Source: Eubacteriales bacterium
GTDB lineage: Bacteria; Bacillota; Clostridia; Oscillospirales; SIG627
Direction: 5' to 3'
Assembly (NCBI GenBank): GCA_045597125.1
Contig: JAZODR010000021.1
Span: 22,062 to 86,061, forward strand
DNA: 64,000 nucleotides
Below, piece by piece: positions 1 to 8,402 of this stretch. The translations under genes and the position numbers were made by a program. The notes beneath the pieces are model-generated. The model was not told the DNA's origin. It saw nothing but the letters and a program-made list of their open reading frames with translations, and did not search any database. Position 1 is the stretch's first letter. Each line of letters opens with the position of its first letter.

Positions 1-479
1 AAAGCGGCGGTGGGAATAATCTTTATGCTGTTTTGGAAGGTGACTTCTTCTAAATTCAAGCAGTTGTCAAAGCATTCGACTCCTAGGGTTTCAAGGTTTT
101 TGGGCAGGGTGATTTGATGGATTTCGCATTTTTGGAATGCGTAATCATCTATGTGTTTTACGGAATCGGGAATGGTAATATGGGAAAAGGAAGTACCCGC
201 GAAGGCATTTTTGCAGATGCGTACCAGGGTGTAGTCCTCGTATTTGTCCGGAATGACGAGGGTATTTGCGTGGTCTGCGGTCTCCGAAGGGCCTACAAGC
301 TCACAGGTATAGTCGTTGTAAAGGGAAAATATTAGGCCGGCATATTCCAAGTCGCCGGTCTTCTCCCGTTTCTCGGGGGCAATTGTAGGGGGGGTGAACA
401 CAGGCTCGGGGGATTCTTTTACGCAACCACAAAAAAGTGTACAAAGAAGGGCTATAGTAAGACAAAGCGTTTTTTTCAT
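1..479 (-). CDS. Lipoprotein with BspA-type leucine-rich repeats (N-terminal part only; gene runs off the window start)
   Basis: Absent from the ORF track because it has no stop in the window. My translation of the minus strand from ATG 479-477 gives MKKTLCLTIALLCTLFCGCVKESPEP (signal peptide + Cys lipobox). It continues ...LVIPDKYEDYTLVRICKNAFAGTSFSHITIPDSVKHIDDYAFQKCEIHQITLPKNLETLGVECFDNC..., the IP-SV-x-I-x-x-x-AF-x-x-C periodicity of LRR_5/BspA repeats. The frame stays open to position 1. Confidence 0.7.
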   Translation of the reverse strand, partial: MKKTLCLTIALLCTLFCGCVKESPEPVFTPPTIAPEKREKTGDLEYAGLIFSLYNDYTCELVGPSETADHANTLVIPDKYEDYTLVRICKNAFAGTSFSHITIPDSVKHIDDYAFQKCEIHQITLPKNLETLGVECFDNCLNLEEVTFQNSIKIIPTAA

Positions 480-660
480 TACAGATTCCTTTCGCTGAAG
501 TTCTATATTCTTATCATACTCCAAAACGGGTGATAAGTAAAGGAAAAACGAAAAAAGTTTCCAATTAAATTGTGGTGCACATCTTGACAAACAGAGGGTA
601 CAAGAGTAAACTGATTGTATATTTTTGTCAAAAAATGATTATTTATTGGAGAGAAAATTT

Positions 661-2490
661 ATGTTTAAAACAAGAAAACTTCTGGTATCTCTGATGATTT
701 TTCTTCTGTTGACCGTGGTTTTGGGTATCAGCGTATATGCGATGGACCTGAAAGTGGCAGAGAAGAATGGTTTTGAGGTGGACGGAACACAGTATGATTT
801 TGAAAATGGAGTGACGGTATCTGAGGAAAGCGAACTTTCCGGCGAGGATTCGGCATATGCATATTTGGATAGCTATGAGGATAATATGCAGGCAGATGCT
901 GATTTCAAGACGCATTCCAAGGAGGCGGTAAAGACGGTTCGCGAAGGCGTTCCCGCATACGCTACCGTTTGGTCCTTGCTTCCCGCAGTAATCGCCATTG
1001 CCCTTGCTCTGATTACCAAAGAGGTGTATTCCTCTTTGTTCGTGGGAATTTTGGCAGGTGGTTTGATTTGGTCCGGATTTAACTTTGAGAAGACCGTGAC
1101 TCACGTATTCAGCGACGGCTTCGTGGCAAGTGCCGCAGATTCCTATAACATGGGTATTCTGGTATTTTTGGTGATGCTGGGTGCATTGGTTGCTATGATG
1201 AACAAAGCAGGAGGCTCTGCTGCATTTGGCAGATGGGCATCCAAGCACATTAAGGGAAGAGTGGGTGCGCAGATTGCCACCATTATTCTTGGATGTTTGA
1301 TTTTTATCGACGACTATTTTAATTGTTTGACGGTAGGCTCCGTGATGCGTCCCGTAGCAGATCAGCACAAGGTCAGCCGTGCGAAACTGGCGTATCTTAT
1401 TGATGCTACTGCGGCTCCCGTTTGTATCATTGCTCCTATTTCCTCTTGGGCGGCTGCCGTTGCAGGTTTTGCTCAGGGCGAAGGACCTATGAGCGGTATT
1501 TCCTTGTTCATCAAGGCGATTCCTTTTAATTTCTACGCGCTTCTTACCATCGTGATGATGCTGGTTCTGGCATTTGGTAAGTTTGACTACGGCCCAATGA
1601 AGCTTCACGAGAAAAACGCCGTGGGAAAAGGTGACCTGTTCACTTCCGGCGGGGAAGAATTTCTTGATTCTGTTACCGAAGGAAAGAGTGCTAATCCGAA
1701 GGGCAAGGTGATTGATCTGGTATTCCCCGTGGTATTTTTGGTTATTGCCTGTGTTGTGGGAATGATTTATTCCGGCGGATTTTTTGATGCGGAGTCCGAA
1801 GGCTATAAGAATTTTATTATCTCCTTCTCGAATTCCGATGCTTCTGTTGGTCTTTTATATGGGTCTTTTGTTGCTGTGATTGTAGCGGTGATTTACTTTT
1901 TGTGCAGAAGAGTTATTTCCTTTAAGCAGTGTATGGAATCCATTCCCGAAGGTTTTAAGGCTATGGTTCCTGCTATTATGATTTTGATTTGCGCTTGGAC
2001 GCTTAAGGCTATGACCGATTCTCTTGGCGCCAAGATTTTTATTTCCTCTTTGGTAGAGGGAAGCGCTGCGGGATTCCAGGCTTTCTTGCCCGCCATTATT
2101 TTCTTGATTGCAATAGGTCTTTCCTTTGCAACGGGTACCAGCTGGGGAACTTTTGGGATTTTGATCCCTATCGTTTTGTCTGTATTTGGCGGTGTTAATG
2201 ATAATATGACCGTAGTTGCTATTTCTGCTTGTATGGCAGGCGCTGTATGCGGTGATCACTGTAGTCCTATTTCCGATACTACCATTATGGCTTCCGCAGG
2301 TAGCCAGTCCAATCATTTGAACCACGTTACCACTCAGTTGCCTTATGCGATGACGGTTGCGGGTGTTTCCTTTGTAACCTATATTTTGGCCGGATTTGTT
2401 CCCAATGCGTGGATTGCTCTTCCTGCAGGTATTGCGCTGATGATCGGAACGCTTTTGGCGATTCGTGCTTTTGCCAACAGAAAGGGATAG
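661..2490 (+). CDS. NhaC-family Na+/H+ antiporter-like membrane transporter with an acidic N-terminal extension
   Basis: ORF 625-2490 is a multi-TM protein with NhaC-like segments (WSLLPAVIAIALALITKEVYSSLFVGILAGG, GDHCSPISDTTIMAS). I prefer ATG 661 (GGAGAG upstream) over the TTG at 625. Confidence 0.65.
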   Translation: MFKTRKLLVSLMIFLLLTVVLGISVYAMDLKVAEKNGFEVDGTQYDFENGVTVSEESELSGEDSAYAYLDSYEDNMQADADFKTHSKEAVKTVREGVPAYATVWSLLPAVIAIALALITKEVYSSLFVGILAGGLIWSGFNFEKTVTHVFSDGFVASAADSYNMGILVFLVMLGALVAMMNKAGGSAAFGRWASKHIKGRVGAQIATIILGCLIFIDDYFNCLTVGSVMRPVADQHKVSRAKLAYLIDATAAPVCIIAPISSWAAAVAGFAQGEGPMSGISLFIKAIPFNFYALLTIVMMLVLAFGKFDYGPMKLHEKNAVGKGDLFTSGGEEFLDSVTEGKSANPKGKVIDLVFPVVFLVIACVVGMIYSGGFFDAESEGYKNFIISFSNSDASVGLLYGSFVAVIVAVIYFLCRRVISFKQCMESIPEGFKAMVPAIMILICAWTLKAMTDSLGAKIFISSLVEGSAAGFQAFLPAIIFLIAIGLSFATGTSWGTFGILIPIVLSVFGGVNDNMTVVAISACMAGAVCGDHCSPISDTTIMASAGSQSNHLNHVTTQLPYAMTVAGVSFVTYILAGFVPNAWIALPAGIALMIGTLLAIRAFANRKG

Positions 2491-2509
2491 AATACAAAGG
2501 AGAAGCGGA

Positions 2510-2944
2510 ATGAAAATTGCTGTAAAAAAGGTATTGCCCGGCGCAAAGCTTCCCACTTACGGAAGTGAATTTTCCGCGGGAGCGGATTTGTATGCGCTTT
2601 TGGAAGAACCTTGTACCATTGCGCCCGGTGGAACGGTGCTTTTGCATACGGGAATTGCTATGGAAATCCCGGAGGGTTACGGCGGTTTTATTTATGCAAG
2701 AAGCAGCCTTGGCGTAAAAAAAGGACTTGCGCCCGCCAATAAGGTAGGGGTAATTGATTCTGATTATCGTGGGGAAATCCGCGTTGCTCTGCACAATCAT
2801 GGCACCGAACCGCAGATGGTGGAAAATGGTGAACGGGTCGCTCAGCTGGTGATTGCTCCTTTTCTGAAAGCAGAATTTGAGGAGAGTGAAGAATTGGCTG
2901 AAACAGACCGCGGTGCAGGCGGTTTCGGCAGCACGGGAAAATAA
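2510..2944 (+). CDS. dut: dUTP diphosphatase
   Basis: MKIAVKKVLPGAKLPTYGSEFSAGADLYA, DSDYRGEI and C-terminal RGAGGFGSTGK are the dUTPase motifs. ATG 2510 is preceded by AGGAGAAG; the track ORF start (2465) lies inside the previous gene's end. Confidence 0.9.
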   Translation: MKIAVKKVLPGAKLPTYGSEFSAGADLYALLEEPCTIAPGGTVLLHTGIAMEIPEGYGGFIYARSSLGVKKGLAPANKVGVIDSDYRGEIRVALHNHGTEPQMVENGERVAQLVIAPFLKAEFEESEELAETDRGAGGFGSTGK

Positions 2945-2956
2945 TGAATGAAAACG

Positions 2957-2988
2957 GGTTCTTGTCTTGTGGACAGGAACCTTTTTTT
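2957..2988 (+). terminator. Rho-independent terminator after dut
   Basis: GGTTCTTGTC-loop-GACAGGAACC hairpin followed by TTTTTTT. Confidence 0.7.
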
Positions 2989-3145
2989 GTTAAAAATATA
3001 CAAGAAAAAAGTGTTTAAAATAGCAAAAAAATGAAAAGTTATGATGAGATTGTAAATTCTAAAAAAAAGGTTCCATTTTTAAAAAAAGTGTGCTACAATG
3101 TAATCAGCCTAAACTAGGCAAAAATCTTTTGAAGGAGAAAGAAAA

Positions 3146-4657
3146 ATGAACGCAAAAAGAATCCTTTCTTTGATTTTGGCGGTCATTATGCTTTGCTCTG
3201 TATTTTTGGTTTCTTGCAATAAGGAAGAAGGCAAGGAAGGCGGCGCTGCAGGCAGCGTTGTTGAAAATGAGACCGAAGATGCCAGCAAGGTATATGATGC
3301 TGAGGTCAAAAATCTCAACGGTCATGAATTTCGTTTTGTCGTAAGAGAAAAGCCTACTGCTCCTCACCTTTCCGTAAACGAAGTTTATGCAGAGGCTCCC
3401 AATGGCGATAAAGTAAACGATGCTGTATTTGCTCGTAACGCTCAGCTTCAGGAAAAGTACAACTGTACTATTGTTGAAGATCGTCAGAGCGGTGTTATTT
3501 CTGCAGTTCGTGAACCTTTGATTGCAGGTGAATATGTTGCCGATTATATTCTTCATGATGCAAACGGTAGCAGACCTCTTGCAGCTGCTAACTTGCTTGT
3601 TGATTTGTCTGTTCTGGATAATATCAACTTGGAAAAGAGTTGGTGGGACCAAAACGGTATAACAGGTATGAACGTAGGCGGCAAGGTTTTCTTTGTTAAC
3701 GGCGATGGATGCACTTTGGATGACAGAGCTGCTTGGATCCTCTTTTTTAACAAGGACTGGATTGAAGAATACGATCCTGATTTGAACCTCTACGATGTAG
3801 TAGAAAAGGGTGAGTGGACCATTGATTTAATGTATGAATTGATGACTGCCACTGCAAAAGACGTGGATGGTGATGGTGTTCTGACTGCCGGAACGGACCG
3901 TTTCGGTTACACCGGCGAATGCTTTAACAACTGGGTACACGTAAACGGTTGCGGTGGTACACTTTCCAGAATCTCCTCTTCCGGAGAGTATGAAATTCCC
4001 GCACAGCCTAAGGCTGAGCTTCTCAACATTTGGGAAAAGCTTCGTCCTCTGCTGACCTCTCCCACTCGTTTTGTTTCTGATACCAGTAAATACTTCCATA
4101 GTGGACAGGCTACTTTCTATGCAGGAAACACCGGTATTATTACCAACGCAGCAAGCTCTACTATTTCTCTTGGTGTTCTTCCTATGCCTAAGTTGAATAA
4201 GGAGCAGGATAAGTACTATAATGGTGTATCTTACTATCAGCTTGGTTGTTTCAGCATTCCTACTACCACTGATAACTGCGAGGACTGGGAACTGAACGGA
4301 TTCACCTCCGGTCGTGAACAGGCAGCATATTTCCTTGAAGCATTCAGCTACTACTCTATGCTGATTTTGACTCCCGCATTCTATGATCAGGTTATTCTCA
4401 AGCAGTCCATTCGTGACGTTGAGTCTGCTAAGATGATAGAGTACTCTATGGAGAACAAGGTTTATGACCCTGTTGTAGGTTATGACTTTGGTAAGCTTTT
4501 GAGACTCTTCTACGAAGTAGGTTCTCCGAACGTTGGCGCACCTGGTTCTGATGCTGCTTATGATACTTTCGTATCTACTTATGAGTCCAGATTTACCGCT
4601 GCTCGTAAGGCTCTTCAGGATTATATGAGATATATCAATACCGAGGCGGCAGTTTAA
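3146..4657 (+). CDS. Large extracellular solute-binding lipoprotein (ABC-type sugar-binding family)
   Basis: MNAKRILSLILAVIMLCSVFLVSCNKEE is a lipoprotein signal with Cys. The ~500-aa size and composition fit family-1 sugar SBPs. GAAGGAG SD upstream. No permease genes are adjacent. Confidence 0.6.
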   Translation: MNAKRILSLILAVIMLCSVFLVSCNKEEGKEGGAAGSVVENETEDASKVYDAEVKNLNGHEFRFVVREKPTAPHLSVNEVYAEAPNGDKVNDAVFARNAQLQEKYNCTIVEDRQSGVISAVREPLIAGEYVADYILHDANGSRPLAAANLLVDLSVLDNINLEKSWWDQNGITGMNVGGKVFFVNGDGCTLDDRAAWILFFNKDWIEEYDPDLNLYDVVEKGEWTIDLMYELMTATAKDVDGDGVLTAGTDRFGYTGECFNNWVHVNGCGGTLSRISSSGEYEIPAQPKAELLNIWEKLRPLLTSPTRFVSDTSKYFHSGQATFYAGNTGIITNAASSTISLGVLPMPKLNKEQDKYYNGVSYYQLGCFSIPTTTDNCEDWELNGFTSGREQAAYFLEAFSYYSMLILTPAFYDQVILKQSIRDVESAKMIEYSMENKVYDPVVGYDFGKLLRLFYEVGSPNVGAPGSDAAYDTFVSTYESRFTAARKALQDYMRYINTEAAV

Positions 4658-4664
4658 GTTTATG

Positions 4665-4702
4665 AATATCGCACCGAGAAAAACTCGGTGCGATATTTTT
4701 TT
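4665..4702 (+). terminator. Terminator after the solute-binding protein gene
   Basis: AATATCGCACCGAG-AAAAA-CTCGGTGCGATATT followed by a T-run. Confidence 0.75.
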
Positions 4703-4740
4703 GCATAAAAAAAGAAGATCGGCGAAAGCCGATCTTCTTT
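4703..4740 (-). terminator. Terminator of the minus-strand sugar operon
   Basis: AAAGAAGATCGGC-TTTC-GCCGATCTTCTTT followed by TTTTT on the minus strand, directly after the stop at 4745. Confidence 0.75.
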
Positions 4741-4744
4741 GAGG

Positions 4745-5365
4745 TTATCTCTTTTTCCACTCGTCGTACTGCTCCATATAGGTCTTTTCTTCTGCAGGGA
4801 ACTTGCGGAGGGTGTTTACAACCTCGCCGTTGTTGTACTTGCGGGAACCGATGTCATCGCAGGTACCCATAATGGTAATGTTGCACTGACGGGGACGGGC
4901 ACGAACGTGATCCCAGTCGATAAAGTAGATGTGAGCAAATTCGCCAAGATCCAGAACGCCATCCTTAATGGTCATGGTCTCGCTTCTGCCAAAGAATACG
5001 GAGCGAAGGTGACCGTCGGTGTTCATAGAGGTGAAGTTGCCGGGCTCATCTACGTATCTGCCGAACTGAGCGTGTACGGGACCGGGGTGACGGTACTGAT
5101 GCTCGTCAGCAAAGTCGGGGATCATCTTTCTCATAATGTCCAGCAAGTCGTGCTGCAGGAACTCCAAATCGAAGGTATCGAAGTCGTGGGAGCACTCCTG
5201 AATCATTACGGAGCAGGTGGTGTGGTGAGAAACAACAGCAACGGTACCGTTGGTAATACCGGCCTCTTCAACGATCTTGTGAACGTCGATAGAGATGTCA
5301 TGGAAGGTGGGAATCCATCCTCTGGACTGCAGCTGAATCTCTCTTTGTACCATTTTAAATTCCAT
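4745..5365 (-). CDS. YjbQ/UPF0047-family protein (secondary thiamine-phosphate synthase-like) with a C-terminal extension
   Basis: TNGTVAVVSHHTTCSVMIQECSHD resembles the YjbQ HTTA-x-x-x-x-E core. AGGAGG lies 8 nt upstream of the ATG. 206 aa is longer than the ~140 aa I recall for this family. Confidence 0.5.
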   Translation of the reverse strand: MEFKMVQREIQLQSRGWIPTFHDISIDVHKIVEEAGITNGTVAVVSHHTTCSVMIQECSHDFDTFDLEFLQHDLLDIMRKMIPDFADEHQYRHPGPVHAQFGRYVDEPGNFTSMNTDGHLRSVFFGRSETMTIKDGVLDLGEFAHIYFIDWDHVRARPRQCNITIMGTCDDIGSRKYNNGEVVNTLRKFPAEEKTYMEQYDEWKKR

Positions 5366-5397
5366 TATATTTTCCTCCTGAAAATAAAAATAATAAC

Positions 5398-6114
5398 TTA
5401 TTTCTGAGCCTGTCTTACATCCCAGGCTTCACGGACTGCGCGGATCATATCGTCAACCATCTGGTATCTTGCTTCGGGAGTGGGGAGACCCACGATACCG
5501 GAGGAAGAACCGGTTGCTTCTGCGCCTGCTAAAATATTGCGATATACATCGTCATAGCACTTGATACCTGCACCTTGCAGTACCAGAATGTCGGGATTGA
5601 CATCCTTGACAGCGCGGATGGAAGCTTCAACGTATTCTTCGTCAGAAGCTTTGCCGGTACCGATAAGCTCAGTGGGCTCTGCAACAATGATATTGGGATT
5701 GAGATGGGCAATGGCTGCAGCTTCTGCGCAAGAGTCTGCACAAACGATGGTAGCCAATCCAACTTCATCTGCGCGCTTGATAGCGGCTTTCAGCTGGGCA
5801 ACGGTAACGGGCTTTTCACAGTGATTGAGCATAACGCCTTCTGCGCCTGCAGCAACAATGCTTTCGGGGAGAATGTCAGCTAAACCTCTTCCGGGGGTGA
5901 GAGCATCCATATGAGGTGCGAAAACGTGAATCTTCTCCGTTGCTTCCTTTACTCTGCGGATCTCAACGATGGGGGTGGTGAAGATGATGTCAACATTATA
6001 TTTTTTGCTGGCAGCATCTGCAACCTTGGCAAGTTCAACGACATCATCGCCCCAAAGGTAATTCTTTGGACCAATTTCGAAGAAGGGTGCCTTAATGGTG
6101 ATATTCTTAATCAT
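5398..6114 (-). CDS. Triosephosphate isomerase-family (TIM paralogue) sugar-phosphate isomerase
   Basis: IGPKNYLWG at the N-terminus, GVMLNHCEKP (NHSE-like motif), AEPTELIGTG and LQGAGIK match TIM-family signatures. GGAGAA SD. Confidence 0.6.
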   Translation of the reverse strand: MIKNITIKAPFFEIGPKNYLWGDDVVELAKVADAASKKYNVDIIFTTPIVEIRRVKEATEKIHVFAPHMDALTPGRGLADILPESIVAAGAEGVMLNHCEKPVTVAQLKAAIKRADEVGLATIVCADSCAEAAAIAHLNPNIIVAEPTELIGTGKASDEEYVEASIRAVKDVNPDILVLQGAGIKCYDDVYRNILAGAEATGSSSGIVGLPTPEARYQMVDDMIRAVREAWDVRQAQK

Positions 6115-6132
6115 TGGTTTTCTCCTTCCAAC

Positions 6133-6729
6133 TTATTTCTTATTCAAACGCTCACCAACGGCTCCGCCGGGATGGGTGAGGGCAAACTGCTCATTAACAA
6201 AGCCGGTTTCTTCAATCAAAGCGGTTTGCAGAGCATCGAATACGGATGCAAGGGCAACAAAGCTGGAGGTGGACTGGGAATTGTACTTGTCGGTTTCCAG
6301 ATTTACTTGCATAGGAATTACAATGTCAGCTCCTTGAGCAAGGGGAGAATCCATCTTTTCGGTTACGGAAATGACGGTAGCGCCCTTGGTGCGGGCAATA
6401 TTCATAATGGGAATCAGCTCTGCAGTCTTACCTCCGCGGGATGCCAGAACCATAACATCGCCTTTTTGGAGGAAGCCCGTTGCACCGTGTACTGCTTCTG
6501 CAGGGGAAATAAAGCGTGCGGGACGCTCGATGCAACATAAGGAGTGAGCAAAGTGGGTGCAGCAGATACCGGAGTGGCCGCAGCCTGAGGTACCGATACG
6601 CTCTGCTTTTGCCAAAGCCTCAACAGCTTTCGCAAAGGCATCCCAATCCATAACTTCTTTGGCGCGATTAATTTCTGCCGCCTCGATATCAAATGCTTTT
6701 TGTGCGGCAACCAATGCTTCGTTCTTCAA
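6133..6729 (-). CDS. SIS-domain sugar-phosphate isomerase (6-phospho-3-hexuloisomerase-like)
   Basis: RIGTSGCGHSGICCTHFAHSL ... GDVMVLASRGGKTAELIPIMNIARTKGATVISVT is the classic SIS fold pattern (G-x-G-x-S, then SxSG-x-T). Confidence 0.65.
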   Translation of the reverse strand: MKNEALVAAQKAFDIEAAEINRAKEVMDWDAFAKAVEALAKAERIGTSGCGHSGICCTHFAHSLCCIERPARFISPAEAVHGATGFLQKGDVMVLASRGGKTAELIPIMNIARTKGATVISVTEKMDSPLAQGADIVIPMQVNLETDKYNSQSTSSFVALASVFDALQTALIEETGFVNEQFALTHPGGAVGERLNKK

Positions 6730-6754
6730 AACTTATATACCTCGATTCTTAAAA

Positions 6755-8173
6755 TTAAACAGATATAGTGGAAATATTTAATAGATTGTCCAATTTTTTA
6801 TACTTGTTATAGGCAGCGCTGTAATCTATGCCTTGAGGACTGTAGGTCTTTTTGGTTTTGATAATGCTACGACAAGCTTCTTCGATGGAAGGATAAATGC
6901 CGCAGCCAACACCTGCCATAATGGCAGTACCAAGACAAGCAGATTCCTTTTCCTGCAGAGTGGAAAGGTTTAGACCGGTAACGTCTGCTTTGATTTGCGC
7001 CCAAAGGGGACTGGTTGCTCCGCCGCCGGTAATGCGGATTTCGTTGCACCCAGCTCCGATGCACTCTAAATCATCCTTTAGAGTGAAGGCAACGGCTTCC
7101 AGAATGGCGCGGGCAAAGTGACCCTTGCCGTGTGCTAAAGTCATACCCCAGAAAGCACCTCTGGCATCGGGGTTATATACGGGCATAGTAGAGCCGCACA
7201 GGTGAGGCAAAAATGCCAGACCTTCTGCGCCGGGTCCTGCTTTTTCCGCTTCTTCATCCAATTGGCGGAAAGACATTTCAGAAGCAAAGTTGTTGCGGAA
7301 CCACTTTAGCGCCATCCCTGCGGTAGAACTCCACAAAAGGGAAACATATTTGTTGCCAATGGCATGGAGGTGACAAGGAATTTTGGAATTTGGGTCATAG
7401 GGAGGGATGGAATCGGTTACCACGCAAATTGCCATAATGGTACCGGTCATTTCGCTGACGATATTTTCGTCTATCACTCCTACGCCTACAGCACCTGCGA
7501 TCTGATCCAGCGCGCCGGTTACCACGGAGATATCGCCGAATGATCCGATTTTGGTAGCGGAGGGAACAATGGCGGGAAGCATCGCGCGATCAACGCCGAT
7601 GAAGTCCAGCATTTCCTGCCACCAATCTTTTTTTACAATGTCAAGGTAAATGGTGGAGGACTGAATGGTAGGCTCGGTAACAAATTCACCCGAAAGCGCC
7701 CAAAGGAGCCAATCCTCCAGCATAAATATTTTCTTGGTTTTTGCCCACGCTTCGGGTAGATTTCTCTTCACCCAGAGAAGCTTACAAGCGGGCCAACCGC
7801 CGGTGCATTCTGCCTGACCGGTTACATTGTAAATGGTTTCGCCTCCGAAATGAGCCTCGATCTCCTCGGCTTCTTTCACGGCACGGTTGTCCAGCCAAAC
7901 GATGGCGGGCATGGTAGGATTGCCCTCGGCATCGGTCAGAATCATGGTTTCGCCTTGGGTATCAATGGAGATGGCGTGAATCTGAACCGTTTTTTGAATT
8001 TCGGCAATGGCTTCCTTTGCGATGCGGATATATTCCATTGCATCGAATTCTACCAGATCGCCGCGGGTATCCAGAGTATAATCAATATTGGTTTCGGCAA
8101 GGCAGGTTCCTTTTTCATCAAAGCAGACGGCTTTGAGGGAGGTGGTGCCTATGTCGATTCCCAGTAAATTCAT
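6755..8173 (-). CDS. FGGY-family carbohydrate kinase
   Basis: MNLLGIDIGTTSLKAVCFDEKG (N-terminal actin-like ATPase motif) and C-terminal ITGGGATSPLWAQIKADVTG are typical of xylulokinase/glycerol-kinase relatives. Confidence 0.8.
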   Translation of the reverse strand: MNLLGIDIGTTSLKAVCFDEKGTCLAETNIDYTLDTRGDLVEFDAMEYIRIAKEAIAEIQKTVQIHAISIDTQGETMILTDAEGNPTMPAIVWLDNRAVKEAEEIEAHFGGETIYNVTGQAECTGGWPACKLLWVKRNLPEAWAKTKKIFMLEDWLLWALSGEFVTEPTIQSSTIYLDIVKKDWWQEMLDFIGVDRAMLPAIVPSATKIGSFGDISVVTGALDQIAGAVGVGVIDENIVSEMTGTIMAICVVTDSIPPYDPNSKIPCHLHAIGNKYVSLLWSSTAGMALKWFRNNFASEMSFRQLDEEAEKAGPGAEGLAFLPHLCGSTMPVYNPDARGAFWGMTLAHGKGHFARAILEAVAFTLKDDLECIGAGCNEIRITGGGATSPLWAQIKADVTGLNLSTLQEKESACLGTAIMAGVGCGIYPSIEEACRSIIKTKKTYSPQGIDYSAAYNKYKKLDNLLNISTISV

Positions 8174-8344
8174 TTTGTTTCTCTCCTTCGGAAAAACTGG
8201 ATTTTGTGAGAAAAAATTCCAACACTTTTCAAGTACAATTTTACCATAAAACTTATGGAGTTGTCAACAATGAAAGGGGGAAAAGTGCAAGGAAAATTGC
8301 TTTTTTTGCAAAAAACTTTGATGTAAATCGGGGTGGAGGGGGAG

Positions 8345-8373
8345 TTGACGAAAAGAGAAAATTTATTTATAAT
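8345..8373 (+). promoter_or_regulatory. Sigma-A-type promoter upstream of the topoisomerase subunit gene
   Basis: TTGACG (8345-8350), 17-nt spacer, TATAAT (8368-8373). Confidence 0.55.
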
Positions 8374-8402
8374 AATACGAGATTGGCTTGATAGGAGATT
8401 TT

